DNA of 63,923 nt, filler included, from Hausera hauseri (lineage: Eukaryota): assembly GCA_046269625.1 (NCBI GenBank). It is 12 parts of 12 records of this genome, joined end to end, with 100 filler letters (N's around TTAATTAATTAA, not from the genome) between each part and the next. Parts side by side here need not be neighbours in the genome. Positions count along the whole stretch, not along the records: positions 22,390 to 26,573 come from JBJURY010714548.1; positions 26,674 to 30,657 come from JBJURY010840191.1; positions 30,758 to 35,288 come from JBJURY010539342.1; positions 35,389 to 41,961 come from JBJURY010085324.1; 8 more parts are not named here. One strand, written 5' to 3'. Position 1 is the first letter of the stretch. Each line of letters begins with the position of its first letter. The notes under the pieces were generated by a model. That model saw nothing but the letters and a program-made list of their open reading frames with translations. It had not been told where the DNA came from and did not search any database. The position numbers and the translations under genes were made by a program. Shown here in pieces: positions 24,521 to 37,924 of this stretch.

Positions 24521-26573
24521 GAACAAAGTAAATCAGCTTTTACGGGTTTGTTAATGTCAAAACCCGTAGCAGAATCTTATCAACTAACACCTGAACTGCC
24601 AACCAATAGTACTATCCTGGAAAAACCCTTCATAACTAAAAAGCAATTGGATCAGGAAGAACAAAAAGTACCAGATATCCAAAGAAATACACTTCCATAC
24701 ATGTTATGGCGAGAAACTAAAGAAATTAGAGATTTACTTTCAAGCTTTGTAGCAATAGATAAAATTAACAAACAAGAACAAGAATTAAAAATTAACCGAA
24801 TAAGAATAGAGAATATTGAAGGAGACCTGATAATTGAATTAGAAGATATATATAAAGAAAAAGAAAAATGCTATGAAAACCTTAGACAAATACTCTGTGG
24901 AAAACTTATAGTTGGAATAGAATTGCCATGGTTGTTTAAAGAAATACAATTGAAGGAAACCGATATTTTTGGTACGTTTAGTGTAGATCAGAATTTTAAT
25001 TTACCAAATGATCAATGGAAAAGAGAAGATACATTGTTACAACAATTGAATAATCTACGACAAGAGTATCAGATTAAACTTAACCGTCAAGGATCTCCAT
25101 ATTTCATTTTTCCAAGTAGACCTTTATATAAGAACGATGGATATCCCCAACGTGAAATGACATGTAATACTACCTTAATTCCAGAGGCAGTATTAGAGCG
25201 CATGGACCTAAGTATTGTTCAGAAATAGGATGAACTGTTTGAAGACAAGAAAATTGACAGAATAGAGTTCGCGGACATCGCTGAACAAGGATTGATTTGT
25301 ATGGGAGGCACTGATAAACTCTACCTTAAGAGGACTGATATTCGAATAAAAAGAAAGGATCACCGTGTGCTATAATTATCAATCAAGGAGAAGCCAGATT
25401 GCAAATTAATAATAGAACAGTAATAGTCTCCAAGGAAACTAAGATACTCCCTAATTGTCCTTATGAAGGAGATTATCAGATTCAACCTTTGGATAATTGC
25501 CCGGTATATTTGATACAATTGCTTAAGAATACACCCGCGTTAGCTGTGGATGAACCTGTGACACAAGATAGAGAAATAATTCTTACTGGTAGATGTATAA
25601 CCAAAGGAGACCAAACAGGACTTACTCAGGTCACTGCCAAAAATCTGGAAGGAAAGACAATCCTTAATATTCATGTATATCTAAATATACCGGATAATAC
25701 TAAGTGTACCTAATATAGCAGACAGTTCAATCCACAACGACAGGAACCGGTAAGCGAATTCATGAATAAATATTTATCACGAAAAGTGATCATTGAACGT
25801 CAGTTACCAGAACTGTTAAATACATTGAATATAAATCCAAAAATCTAACTGCCTTATACGATTTGGAACAAACAAACAGGAACTACAAATGTTTGGACCT
25901 ATATAACGGCCATAATTCGGAAATAGTGGCACAAAGATGTTTAGATGAATACCAAAAAACGATGCTAGTGGAATATAATGTACCATGGGTAATAGAAAGT
26001 CGAAAGACGTTACGAATAGCTTTTCCAGCAATAGGAGAATTAGGGAAAACTGAGGAAGCCAGGGCAATCCCGATAATTGAACCAATAACTCAAAGATACC
26101 CATATATGGATGCTGATGAATATTCACAGAAACTTGTTAGAAATAGACCAACCGGAGAATGGATAGACCCGTATGATGATAGATTAGTTGCACCCTTTAC
26201 CCAACCAACGGCTCCACTACAACGATCAACGCTATTTGAAAATATACGAGATACAATGCAACCGAGTACATCCCAGAAGGAACCCCAAATAATAAACGAA
26301 GATGAAATGTTTAAAATTTTAGACTATGATCTTATATCTACCTCAGACACTTTACAACATTCGGAAACTACATTGCTACCAATCGGAAACCAAGAGTTTA
26401 TTCCAGAAATCGATATCCCACCAGGATCTATAGTATACGGCGAACCTCTGGAATTAACAAGCGGAACAGTTAAAGCCAAATTACAAATGTTCAATTCAGC
26501 ACCTAATGAGGTATGGGAAGCTTTACGACAATATGAAACACTACCATTAATCAATCGAATAGATTGCGCGCCA
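24452..26573 (+). pseudogene. Unidentified coding extension continuing from Gag
   Basis: Same-strand ORFs 24452-25228, 25399-25713 and 25863 to the contig end. No protease or RT motif found. Confidence 0.55.
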
Positions 26574-27423
26574 NNNNNNNNNNNNNNNNNNNNNNNNNNN
26601 NNNNNNNNNNNNNNNNNTTAATTAATTAANNNNNNNNNNNNNNNNNNNNNNNNNNNNNNNNNNNNNNNNNNNNTACTGTACCACATTGTTTTACTTGTTT
26701 CAATATTGAACTCAAAATTATGTGCAATTCCTGTGGAATTGAACAAAAATACGTCCCAAATATAAAACGGATTACGTAAAGTTGCATGTAACATCTAATC
26801 TTGATATACTCATTAGTTAATTAAATAAAAGCATCATAATGTGGTGTAGCTTTGATTTAATTTTGGAGAATTACTTGTGCCAGAAGTACCGATAATACAA
26901 CAAGTATTATCAAGAACTGAGAAATTTCTGGATAAGAACAAAAATAAGATTTTCAGTAATTCCTTGCCTCTACCCAGTAAACTAATTAGTCAACACAACA
27001 TATTCAATTAGCACTGCAAAAACAAACAATATAAATTTTGTCATCGACTAAAACAAACTAGTATAGACCTTAAAATGATGACTAATGACGTATTTTTCGT
27101 AAAATTGTAGACAGTTCAGACGTGTTTGCCAATCTTTCTTCTGGGAAACGTACAAAATTTACAACGGCAGCCAAAATTCAACATATAATTCAAATGATTT
27201 TGCATGAAAGGATCTACATCTCAAATTGTTTTGTTTTGAATATTAATACTAATATTTCCAATAAAAATGTTACGAATGTTTAGAAAAAACAACGCATACG
27301 TGTCTTAATCAAATCCCGTTGAAAAAGCAGAATTTTGTATCGCCTAAAATGGTCTTTTATATTTCGGTTATGGAGATTAAAGATGAAACAATCAGACAAA
27401 TAGCTCCAACACATGTTTTACAT

Positions 27424-29771
27424 TAGAGTTTCTCAACGGAGACAATATCGCCCACAAGGAGCGTTTTAAAGTTATGAGGGGGGCGGTGAAGTGGAAAGGT
27501 GTGATCGGAGGGCACTACAATGAAAATTGTTGTACCAGTTTTATCTAACAGATCTAACGAAAAGTTAAACTTTTTGCTTAGTTAAACCAAATTCACTGTT
27601 AATTCGCTTGCTATGATGTCTTATTGTATTTACGAACTTAATGTCTGGGTGTGATATACAAATCTTACAAAATAGCGATTTCTGATGTTCCGTCATTGAC
27701 ATACCTATATTACTCTTATTTACCCTTTAATATGAGGTTGTAATTATTAGAGTCTAATGATTGTCAATTCATTGTTAATAGTCAATACATGTTTTCAGAA
27801 ATGGAACTAAAGAAAAAGTGTCGTCAGTATTCTATCAATTACCTCACCTTTGGTTTCATAGAATATCCCAATGACAAGAGTCTTCCAATGTGTCTTCGCT
27901 GTAGATAAATATTCTCCAACGAGGCAACGAAGCCAAGTCGACTCAGTGACCATCTCCACGCTATGCATACCGATAAAAAGGATAAGCCAATAAGCGGCCA
28001 ACAAAAGGTCTTCTCGACCAGTCCAACAGCAGCCTTACTATCCCCGTAATGTTCAAGAGAAAGAATGTAGCTGCGGAAGACGGTCTTCGTGATTCGTATT
28101 GAATCGCTGAACTTATTGCAAAGAATGGAAAAGCACACAATACTGGTGAAACGCCGATTCTTCGTGCCATAAATAAGGTAATTTCTACAGTGATGCATCA
28201 GGATCCTGCAGATGTCCTAAAAGTGTTACCCCTGAGCGATTCTTCCATACAACGATGCATTTATGAAATGGCGCTTAATGTCAAAGAGCAGCTACTCTAA
28301 ATTGGAAATACGAAAATTCTCCATTCAGTTAGACGAAAGTACGCTGCCTGACAACACTGCGCTGCTGTTGGTTTGTGTGCGGTACTTTGATGAAGAATGG
28401 ATTCTGTAAGAAGACCTCCTCTTTTCTCAGAAGTTGATCACGGATACAAAAGGTGAATTCATAATCTCAGTCCTAAAGGCATTCTTCGTTGAGAATTGTC
28501 TTCCAATTGAGAATGTCATCGTTTGTGCCACCGATAGAGCCCCTGGCACTGTTGGTCAGTACAGTGGCTTCCTGGCATATTTGAAGACATTTATCCCCAA
28601 TGTATTCACCGTCCACTGTCTGGAACGCAGACAACATTTAGGGCTAAGTGCTTGAGCGAAGGTCTTCACGCTTCTCTCAACACAGTTATCCTAGCCGTGA
28701 ATGAAATCAAAACAAACACCAAGAATGGACGTCTCTTTGATGAACTCTGCAAATACAATGTCGAACAATATCGGCGTCTACTCATTCATACTGACGTCCG
28801 TTGGCTGTCCAAAGGCCTTGAACGTTTTACTGAATTGTATGAAAGCGTCGGGCAGATTACGAAGAAAACGGAGAACATGCTTTCTGTCAGAAATTGAAAG
28901 GTCAAGGTGAACGCCTTCTACCTGGCTAGACTCTATCGGAAATTTAACGAAGTGAGCCTACAACTGCAAGGAACGAAAGTGACCCTCATCAACTGCAAGA
29001 AAAGTATTGCATCTTTCATTGACAAACTGGACCTCTACCCTCAGAACCTGCTCAGAACAAAGTTCTACCAATTTCCCGAACTCTCCTCTTTGAGGAACCA
29101 AATATTAATGGAGGAGATTCAAATATTGTCGAATCACCCTTCAGCGCTAAAGGTGGACATAACAGTACGTCAACACGATATTGTTGACATGAAAGTCGAG
29201 TGGTGGATGATGAATTCTTTCATTGGAAACCCATGTGATATGAAACCAGATTGCAAAGAAGGAGTTATTGGAGCTGCAGACCGACGAGGAATGTCATGCA
29301 AAGTTCAACCATGGTGGCTATATGCAGTTATGGCAACGCAAACCGATGCTACTGCTTTATCCCAAGTTGTGAAACAAGATGTTAATTCTCTTCGTACTTG
29401 TGGAATTAGGCTTCAGTACAGTGGCCAACTTGGTAACAAAACAGAGAAACCGCCTTGATATCGTGGAAAGAGGCGATCTCCGTCTTCTCACTAATATAAA
29501 ACCAAACATCAACGCAACTGCCATCAAGTGTGAAGCGCAAGAATCACATAAACAAATTAATGGAATAACTCCTTCGACATGTAAACTGTATCTAGACTTT
29601 CTTTTTGAGTACATACACACGAACATTATGGATATAATTAAAATAGTAGTAAATAGCTTTTGTAATTGAGTCACATTTTATTAGCGGAATAAGAGTGAGG
29701 CGGTTGGCGTCTTTAAAATTCCATAATGACGATTCCTTGGGCGCTAATGAAAAAAAGGTTGAGAAACCCTG
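27424..29771 (+). mobile_element. Complete hAT (Charlie/Buster-like) DNA transposon
   Basis: TIRs TAGAGTTTCTCAAC ... GTTGAGAAACCCTG. 8-bp flanks TTTTACAT / CTTTACAT. Confidence 0.9.
27800..29560 (+). pseudogene. ZBED5/SCAND3-like hAT transposase
   Basis: RQYS..YL.FGF, KPSRL..HL, HNTGE, PLS, SIQLDEST, ATD.AP, VHC..RQHL, HTDVRWLSKG, VELGFS.V...TKQRNRL...RGDLRL. Many lesions. Confidence 0.9.
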
Positions 29772-30757
29772 CTTTACATCGTAATAGGCAGAACAGAAAT
29801 GGCTGTACCGAATGTACCAAACATTTTGGCTATCGGAATATAAAACTGAATCTTGGTAAATGAAATTAATGTTTAAATTAAATTGGTTGATGCATGTTTA
29901 CTAGTTTTGTATTACAGTTCATATTGAAACTGTTGCTAAATGAAATACTACTCTTATAGTTATGGTGGGCCCTAACGACTCCCGACTATAACAATGATTT
30001 GAGTTATCAAATTTTATTTATTTGTGCAGGTTAGGTTCTACCGTTCTCGGTAAAACAGATTGTGCATTACGATTTTATATTAATTTTTAATAAGTAATGT
30101 AGGTGCTGCTGCGGTCCTGTGCAATATGTTATAACAATTCCCGTCTTAACTATATGATTTTAAGTTGATTTTAACCTCAGTGACGTCTAATTACCTATAG
30201 GAGGTAATGAAGAAACTATATGATTTTAGTTAGAAAACTTTAATATAATAAACCGCGAGTCGCACTTGAATAACTTCGTCTTCGGATATTTCGATCGCTA
30301 CAACGAAGATTTAATAAAACACTTTTCAAATATTGGTTTCGAATTCGTTTCGATTTTTTTGTTAGCTATGTTTCGGATCAATAAATAACTAGTTCGCTTG
30401 TTGACTCCTTCAATTTTTCATCTTGAACTGATTCTCAATACAGAGAAAACCATAAATATATCCATTGAACTATAGACGTAGTGCCGTCATATAGTTCCAA
30501 GAAAAATAAAAATTTAAATATATAATTTTTCGCGATACAACGTGATATATAAATACATATCCTTGGTTAGAATCGAAAAAAATAAAATACATTACTCTAA
30601 AAATATTACATTTGATTTCTTTTAAAAGTGGATTACATAATGTACCAATGTAACTACNNNNNNNNNNNNNNNNNNNNNNNNNNNNNNNNNNNNNNNNNNN
30701 NTTAATTAATTAANNNNNNNNNNNNNNNNNNNNNNNNNNNNNNNNNNNNNNNNNNNN

Positions 30758-33480
30758 GACTGTCGGAAAAGCTGATCACGTACGATAAACTACAAGGACG
30801 GCCAGGTATAAAAATAAAGATACAAGGTAGATGGAAAGACTGCTTATTGGACACAGGAGCACGGGTGCACGTGATGAGTAAGAAGATTTTTGAAAGACTG
30901 ACAGATATCCGGCTGGATAAATCCGATATCATATTCCATTGTGCAAATGGTAGCCCCTAGATTGCATAGGTGAACCATCCGTAAATGTGGAACTCAAGGG
31001 TTTACAGAAAAGTGTAACTTTCATAATAATGACAGACATATCACCAGAAATAATTAAAGGAATGGAACTGCAAAAGACTTTTGGAATCGAATTAGGTTGG
31101 AGACAAAAGATGGAGATGAACAAAGATATGATGTATGCAAGTTAAATGCAAAATTTGGTCGAAAAGTGACAAATGAAGAACGATTCGAAAGAGTGAAGGA
31201 GATTCTGCGCATAAACAAAAACCCAGTGGTATTGGATATAGTACGGATAAACCAAGAAATCTTCATGGCTGACAAGTGGGACGTCGGCTGTACAACATTG
31301 ATCAAGCGTAGAATAGACACCAAAGGCTCACCATTTATCATCAAACCACATAGATAACCAGTGAATCTAGAAAGTAAAATCGATGAGACCATCCAAAACC
31401 TATGGTAAAACAGTATCATCAAGAAATGTAATTTACATTGGAATACTCCGATTATCTGCATCTGAAAGAAAGAGAAAAACGATGTCAGAATTTGTCTAGA
31501 TTTTAGAGAGTTGAACATCATTACAGAAAGACAAGCGTATCCCGTGCCGAATATGATGGAAATAATGAATAAACTATATGAGGCAAGATATATTACATCA
31601 ATCGATTTGGAAAACGCATACTACCAGGTCAAATTAGAGGAAGAATCCAAGTTGAAAACATCTTTTTTGAATAAACAGGGGCAATTTAATTTCAACAGAA
31701 TGCCTTTTGGAATAGCAGCAGCGCTGGGTACATTTCAAGAACTAATGATCAAATTAGTGATATATGTTGAACAAACTATAGTATACCTAGACGATAGATT
31801 GGTCTTTTCGAAGTCTTTAGAAGAACATTATATAATACTAGAAAAAGTACTAGATCAGATCAAAAAGACGGGACTGAGAATAAATGCAGAAAAATGCCAC
31901 ATCTTAAAAAAGGAGGTAAACGTCTTGGGACACTTTGTGAATAACAAAGGAATAAAAACGGATGCCTGAAAGCTGGACGCCATCAGATCCTTCGAGAAAC
32001 CGAAATGTGTAAAAAGTCTGAGAAGCATTTTGGGATTTGCAATTATTACAGCAGATTTATTCAAGGATACCCCACAAAGGCTAAGTCATTAGAACATATG
32101 TGCGGACTGAACAACAAAAAACTGGTATGGACCGAGACTTTTAACAAAGCATTTGAAGCAGTGAAGATGGCTTTGGCGTCGCCACTAATATTAGGGTTCC
32201 CAGACTTTAAAAAGGAATTTATTCTGGATAGTGATGCTAGCTTCGATACAATTGGAGCAGTATTATCACAGAGAGACAGCGCCGGGCATGAAAGCGAGAT
32301 TGCATACGGGTCACACGGAATAAATAATCAGGAAAAGGGCTATTGCATTACACGGAAGGAGTTTCTGGATATGTACTACTTCTGTCAACATTTTATTCAT
32401 TATTTCTATGGAAGAAGATATACAATGAGAACGGACCACAAGGCCAATACCTTCATGTTGAAAACAAAAATGCCGGTAACAGCACAACTCAAAACCTGGA
32501 TAAACTGTCTATCAAGTTTAGACATGACTGGAATACAGGAAAGGCACAGATCATGCAAACGCCAACATATTATTCCGGACCAATTGCGATACATGCAGCC
32601 AATGCTTATTATCTCACGAACATGCCAAAACATAAGGTCAAGACTCGAAGGATAAACGCAGTTGAAGCACCAGAAGCATATCCATATCAAAGAGGCAGCA
32701 AAAAAATTGAAGAAATAAAAGAATAAACCTCAAAAAAGAACATTGGAAATTCTTAGTGGAAAATGGCATAGTGAAGACAAAAACAGGCAAGATATGGATA
32801 CAAACGGATAAGAGGAAAGAAATGATAAAGCAATGTCACGCCATACTATTCTATGCCGGAATAGAAAAAGTAACAAAATACATAAGCAATAACTACGATA
32901 TGACAGACATGAAAGACACCGTAAAGGAAGTGATTGGATCTTGTGAGGCATGTCAACGAAACAAGACAGTGACAACGGGTGTGAAGGAAGAGACCCTGAG
33001 ACTCTCTGCAAACGAACCATTCGAGAAGATCTACATTGACACTTGTGGACCGTTAAAAGAAACCTGGAGAAAGAAAATATATTGGCCATCATAGACCAGT
33101 TTAGCAGACACATATAGCATTATCTGCTATTGCAAAACACGACGAAGTACAACAAAAGACATGGTGCTAAAGATATGGATTCTCAAATTCGGCGCACCGA
33201 AAGAGATACACATTGATTGCGGTAAAGCATTTGAATCTAAGGTCCTTAGAGACATGACAGCGTCAATGGGCATCAAGATGTGCTGTTCAAGCCTATATGA
33301 TCACAAGACCAATGGCATAGTGGAAAGGCAATTCCGGACAATTAAAGATTATATAGGTGCGACTCTTCATGATCGACGACGAACCGATTGGGAAGAGATA
33401 CTACCGGAGATAGAATTCACATTGAATGCAACAGTTCAGAAAACAACAGGATAGAGCCCAGCAGAAATAATACGATGGAA
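30758..33480 (+). mobile_element. Decayed Ty3/Gypsy pol (PR-RT-RNase H-IN)
   Basis: LLDTGA; CLDFRELN, IDLENAYYQ, RMPFG, YLDD; FILDSDAS..GAVLSQ, TRKE, RTDHKA; H..(Y)..CEACQ, IDTCGP, DCGKAF, NGIVER. The domain order is Gypsy. Confidence 0.93.
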
Positions 33481-33791
33481 ATATGGTGCACGGTAACGAC
33501 TCAATTGGATACTTATTAGTCATTCAAACTGTACAAATTAGCAATGGTTATCTAATGTATTTGTGAACCCAAACTGTTTACGCACTGAGACTGACACTGT
33601 TTCGTCCACTTTGTTTCAATGTGTTTAGCAGTGGAAGAATTGTCATACTCGGTATTCCGACAATGGACTATGAAATGTCAGTTAATTAAATTACACACAA
33701 TATAAATGTTTTAGTGAATCAAAATAATGTACCCTGCACAACGGGCTATAAATACCACACTCATGTTCGTTCAGACATTTCTACTACTTCT

Positions 33792-34330
33792 ATGGAAGAC
33801 GATGATTAAACGATACTAGTCAATGGTGACAATGAGTATTATTGTTTTAATAATCGCTTGATGATGATTTAAAGTGTCGACTGAATATTGAATTGCAAGG
33901 ATACATAGAAAATTGTAGTGCAGGCTACAATGTGTTTCCAATGTCAATAGCACAATTCCGGACAGCACAATCAAATGCATAATGAATGGTTTTCGATTGG
34001 ACTTTATTGGAACGACGGCAATTCAACGTTTTGTGTCTCTTGTATCATGCGAGACAATTGTGATCGTTTTGACATTGAAAATACAATATTTTACATTAAA
34101 GATCAAATTGACGGATAAAAATTTACACAACTCCATCCACAGTTTACCGAGTTTCGAATGACGACGTATTCAACAATAACATCGAAGAGCACGCTGGTGA
34201 TGGTGACTAACAATATTATATGTCCATATCGTGATCATGGACCGAATTGTGCTTACAAAAATGTCTACGGCTTTGTATTGACTATATTTTATGCAAATAG
34301 ATGTATATCTCTGTTTCTTTCTTTTCTTTT
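33792..34330 (+). pseudogene. Maverick DEDD-like nuclease homologue
   Basis: IELQGY ... FCVSCIM..NC.RFD.EN.IFYIKDQ.DG ... CPYRDHGPNCAYKN. Confidence 0.55.
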
Positions 34331-34401
34331 TTTAGTTTTCGTAAATAAGGTTCAAAAACTATAAATACGGGAAGGAAATAACATTAATCATCAATATCAT
34401 C

Positions 34402-34885
34402 ATGGATACAGTTAATCAACTGAAGCAATTGCAAAATTTTGATGCGTTATCAATTTTAGACTTGATACGATGGTGTAAAGTACTTGGTAGTAAGCTGGTT
34501 GCGACAGCAGCATGTGATTTTGGATTTAAAGAAGTTTTAGCGTCAATAGCATTGATAACAGGAACAACAGATTGTATCTGTAAAGAAAATCTAATTATTG
34601 TGTTAAATCAAATGAACATTCACCGATTATACGATACAAATTACTTTAATGATGTTGAAAAAGTTCGCGGTGAATTAAAGAACCTAAAAGCGAAAATAAT
34701 GGACAAAGTACGAGACTGTAAGTTTATGTGTGTACTATGTAAACAAAGAAAGTGGATACGGTATTCTTAATGTGCGGTCATGTCGTTGTTTGTCAAATGT
34801 GTTCTAACACCACCACAAGGTAACCCACCAATGTCCAGAATGTAAATGTACTGTAATGGAAATTGTACACATTTATTATGAATAA
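34402..34885 (+). pseudogene. Small protein with a C-terminal IAP-type RING finger (frameshifted)
   Basis: CVLCKQRK..TVFLMCGHVVVCQMCS...CPECKC.VMEIVHIYYE*. Confidence 0.75.
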
Positions 34886-35076
34886 ATAAATGCATTGACT
34901 TTTCCGTAATGCGTGGAGTTTATAGGGGCAATTTGTTACAATGACTCTCAATGTTGACACATTTGTAATATAAACAAAACAGCGGGTTTGAGAAGTATAT
35001 ATAGCGATATAATTTCATTTTAGTTTGTCTCTATTTCTCTCTTTCTCTTTCTTTCTCTCTCTCTATATCTACAACA

Positions 35077-35288
35077 ATGAATTCCGATGAAGCACCAATA
35101 GGTTTGAGTTCTGCTGCTGCAAGTCAACCACGATATAATCATTATTCGGTCAGACCGTCTCGGTTGTACAATGGCTACAAATTAAACTACCTACGAACGT
35201 CCATTCAATTATCATTGGCGCAACCGGTCAAACTCAAACAGGTGAAATACGGTTTGTTGGCAAAGAAAATCAGCGACAGTGATTTGGA
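35077..35288 (+). CDS. Unknown Maverick ORF, cut by the contig edge; homologue of 56810-57290
   Basis: SRLYNGYKLNYL..IQLSLAQP.KLKQVK.GLLAK.ISDSDL is shared between the two copies. Confidence 0.6.
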
Positions 35289-35388
35289 NNNNNNNNNNNN
35301 NNNNNNNNNNNNNNNNNNNNNNNNNNNNNNNNTTAATTAATTAANNNNNNNNNNNNNNNNNNNNNNNNNNNNNNNNNNNNNNNNNNNN

Positions 35389-35918
35389 AGCGACAATAAC
35401 GACCCTGATTTCGTAGATGCGAGAACAGTATTCAGTGCATCGCTATAAGAAACCGAACTTATCGTAGAACTTCATATCGACGTAACACTATTAGATAACA
35501 GAGAATTGAGCTTAATACTATCACCCGATGACGGCACATACATCATCAGATCCACCCGGTTTGGCCAAATAACGTCCCTTGGTGTTTCTTTTATTTTCAA
35601 AAAATCCACCGGTGGTCTACGGGACAACATATTTATGGTGAAATTTGCTTGTCCGTGGTCATAACTCGCAACGGTGACATTAAATGAATGCCAGTTTAAT
35701 GATGAAAATGACACACTTTGGATCGGTGCGTAACTGACACGTCGTTTGAAAATCGAACACAAGTAATGGTTGACACAATCGTATCGGAAATGATATATAC
35801 AAGTTAAATCAAATATTGCAACGTATCCTTTCGAATACCAAACTAAAAACTTTTCGGGAAATTCGCTTTTCCAATCAACTTCTATATTCTAAGTACCTTG
35901 AAACATGTTAACTTCAAT
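35389..35918 (-). pseudogene. Unidentified third gene fragment following the UBR5 piece in the same frame
   Basis: UBR5 similarity stops after NILH. The frame continues through a stop into ORF 35472-35762 (FNVTVASYDHG, faintly cadherin-like). Confidence 0.35.
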
Positions 35919-37924
35919 ATGAAGGATATTTCTTTGTCCATTTAATTTCTCTCCAATTGATTTTGAAACTAGACTATCAAATTCCGATAATCCCAAAAAG
36001 TTTTCTAAAATATTGGTCACCTTTTTCTCATCAGCTCGAACGATATGATGCATCAACGTTTGAGATTCCAAAACCAAGACGCCAATGAAAAGACGATTAT
36101 ATTTATTTTTCGTGCTTCGTGTATTTTCTACAATTTGGTTATTTAACACGACATTGCCCATGCTTCTCGAATTGTTGAAATATAAAGCTCCAAAATTAAT
36201 ACATCTAACTGGGGGTAAATCCAACCACTGAGGACTAGGAATGGTCTCAGATTTAGACGAAACGGAGTTATTTGTGTGGTTATCGTTAAATAAAAAAGGA
36301 TAAAAGGTGCCATTTCCATCTCGGATAAATATTGGACAATAACGTTCCACATTAAAAATAGTTCCATTTTTGAGCTCACAAAATTCACTTTCTAATGGTC
36401 CAATAATCATTGAATTATTGGATCGACCCAAAAAGCCGTTGGATGTCGTATTAAGGCGATGGGATGAATTAACTTTTTTCGAAAAACTTAACAATTTATA
36501 TTCGATTACTTTAGGTGCATTTGGTTTGCGAACAAGCAAAGGTATTATGTCATTCTCAAGAGCCATGCCCACTATGCTTGGATTAGAATTTGACGGTGGC
36601 TTACATTCTAAATATGCTTCAGTTGGTATACACTTAGGATACTTTTGAACTATTTCTGGAACACGAAATATTAAAGGTTGTTTAACAATTACTAGTTCTT
36701 CTTTTCGTAACAAACGGCAATCGTTTAGCCAAAATATTGGATCTGGCGTAGCACTGTTAGATTCAGTACACGTCGCTGAATTAATTCCAAATACGGCACC
36801 AATTGGTGAAAAGGGACAATTAACTGCGATATAAGCTCTCTTGGAATCTTTTAAAAATTTGACTGCCGCTATAGAACCATCAACTTTCAACACGACAACG
36901 ACAGGTTGCGTTCTGCCATCTTCGAGAGATATAACATCTTTTAAACACCAGTCTTCCTCGTCTTCTTGTTGCTGAGCATTACGTGATGAATTGTTAGCCT
37001 TAGTTGTATTTTCATCTGGTGTTGAAGATCGTTTGTGTCCAGCTAGTGGTTCATTATCTTGATTGCTTGAAGTGAATGATTCAGAATAACGAGTTTTGTT
37101 TGATCTGTTTCCATTACTGCCGGAAATTGGTGGTCAGCTTTCTGTATTGACTTCAGTAATCAGATCGCCCGCCGCACTTCTGCTGTTTACAGATTGTTTT
37201 TTACGTTTGAATGTTCCAGGACTAATTTTAACTGGCCCGCTCTGATCACTACAGGTTGAACTGGCCGGTAACGGTGGAGGAGGCATTTCAGCCCACGATG
37301 TCGTTGATCGCTGAATAGAACCAGAACATTGTACACTGATGCTATGATTACTACTCTGATTGCCCTCAGACACTGAAACTTGTTTATTGGTACCATCAGT
37401 TCCAAGAAGTTCATAAAGGAACGACGTGTTCATCTGTGGGTGAGTATAAGCATAAGTAATCGGATCAAACGAAGCCGGATTGGTGGAATTTACAGAGTTC
37501 GGAATTGAGTTTCGTCTTTCATTCACTAACCTCTGAACTGGTTTAACACTAAACTGACATATATCTTCAATTTTCCACGCATCTTCCAATGGAGTTCCAA
37601 CTCGAGGAATTCCATCTGCAACAGTAAACCCTATTGCACCAGCATGAAAAATTGGAGCGTTTCTCATGCAAACAAATGACCCCAACGTTATATTAGATAC
37701 ATCGTTTTTGCTTAGTTTATTTTCTTGATTACAGCTATATTTATTTTTATCTTTGGGAATTAGATCTATACTTTTTTCATAGCCGTTTTCCGATATTTAA
37801 ATGGAATTACTCCCCACCAATATATATTTCCTGATAAACATTTTATAGGAGATACAAATGATGATATGTATACATCTGCAATTGTTTCATCCTTTAATTC
37901 GTTATATTGAATTGCAGTGTGTTC
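35919..37924 (-). pseudogene. UBR5: Internal fragment of HECT E3 ligase UBR5/hyd (N-terminal half), intronless, with lesions
   Basis: EHTA..Y.EL, YWWGVIPF..RK, PIFHAGA.GF....G.P.VG, MPPPP.PAS.CSD, WCLKDV...ED......VLKVDG...AVKF, DCRLLR.EEL, RDGNGT.YP, WLDLPP, QTLM.HI.R.D and GQRNILH occur in UBR5 order. Confidence 0.85.

Larger units (their letters stand above)
33740..35288 (+). mobile_element. Maverick accessory-gene cassette (nuclease-like, RING, small ORF), homologous to 56810-58490 in inverted orientation
   Basis: Three collinear homologues with conserved intergenic TATAAA-containing sequence. Confidence 0.75.
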
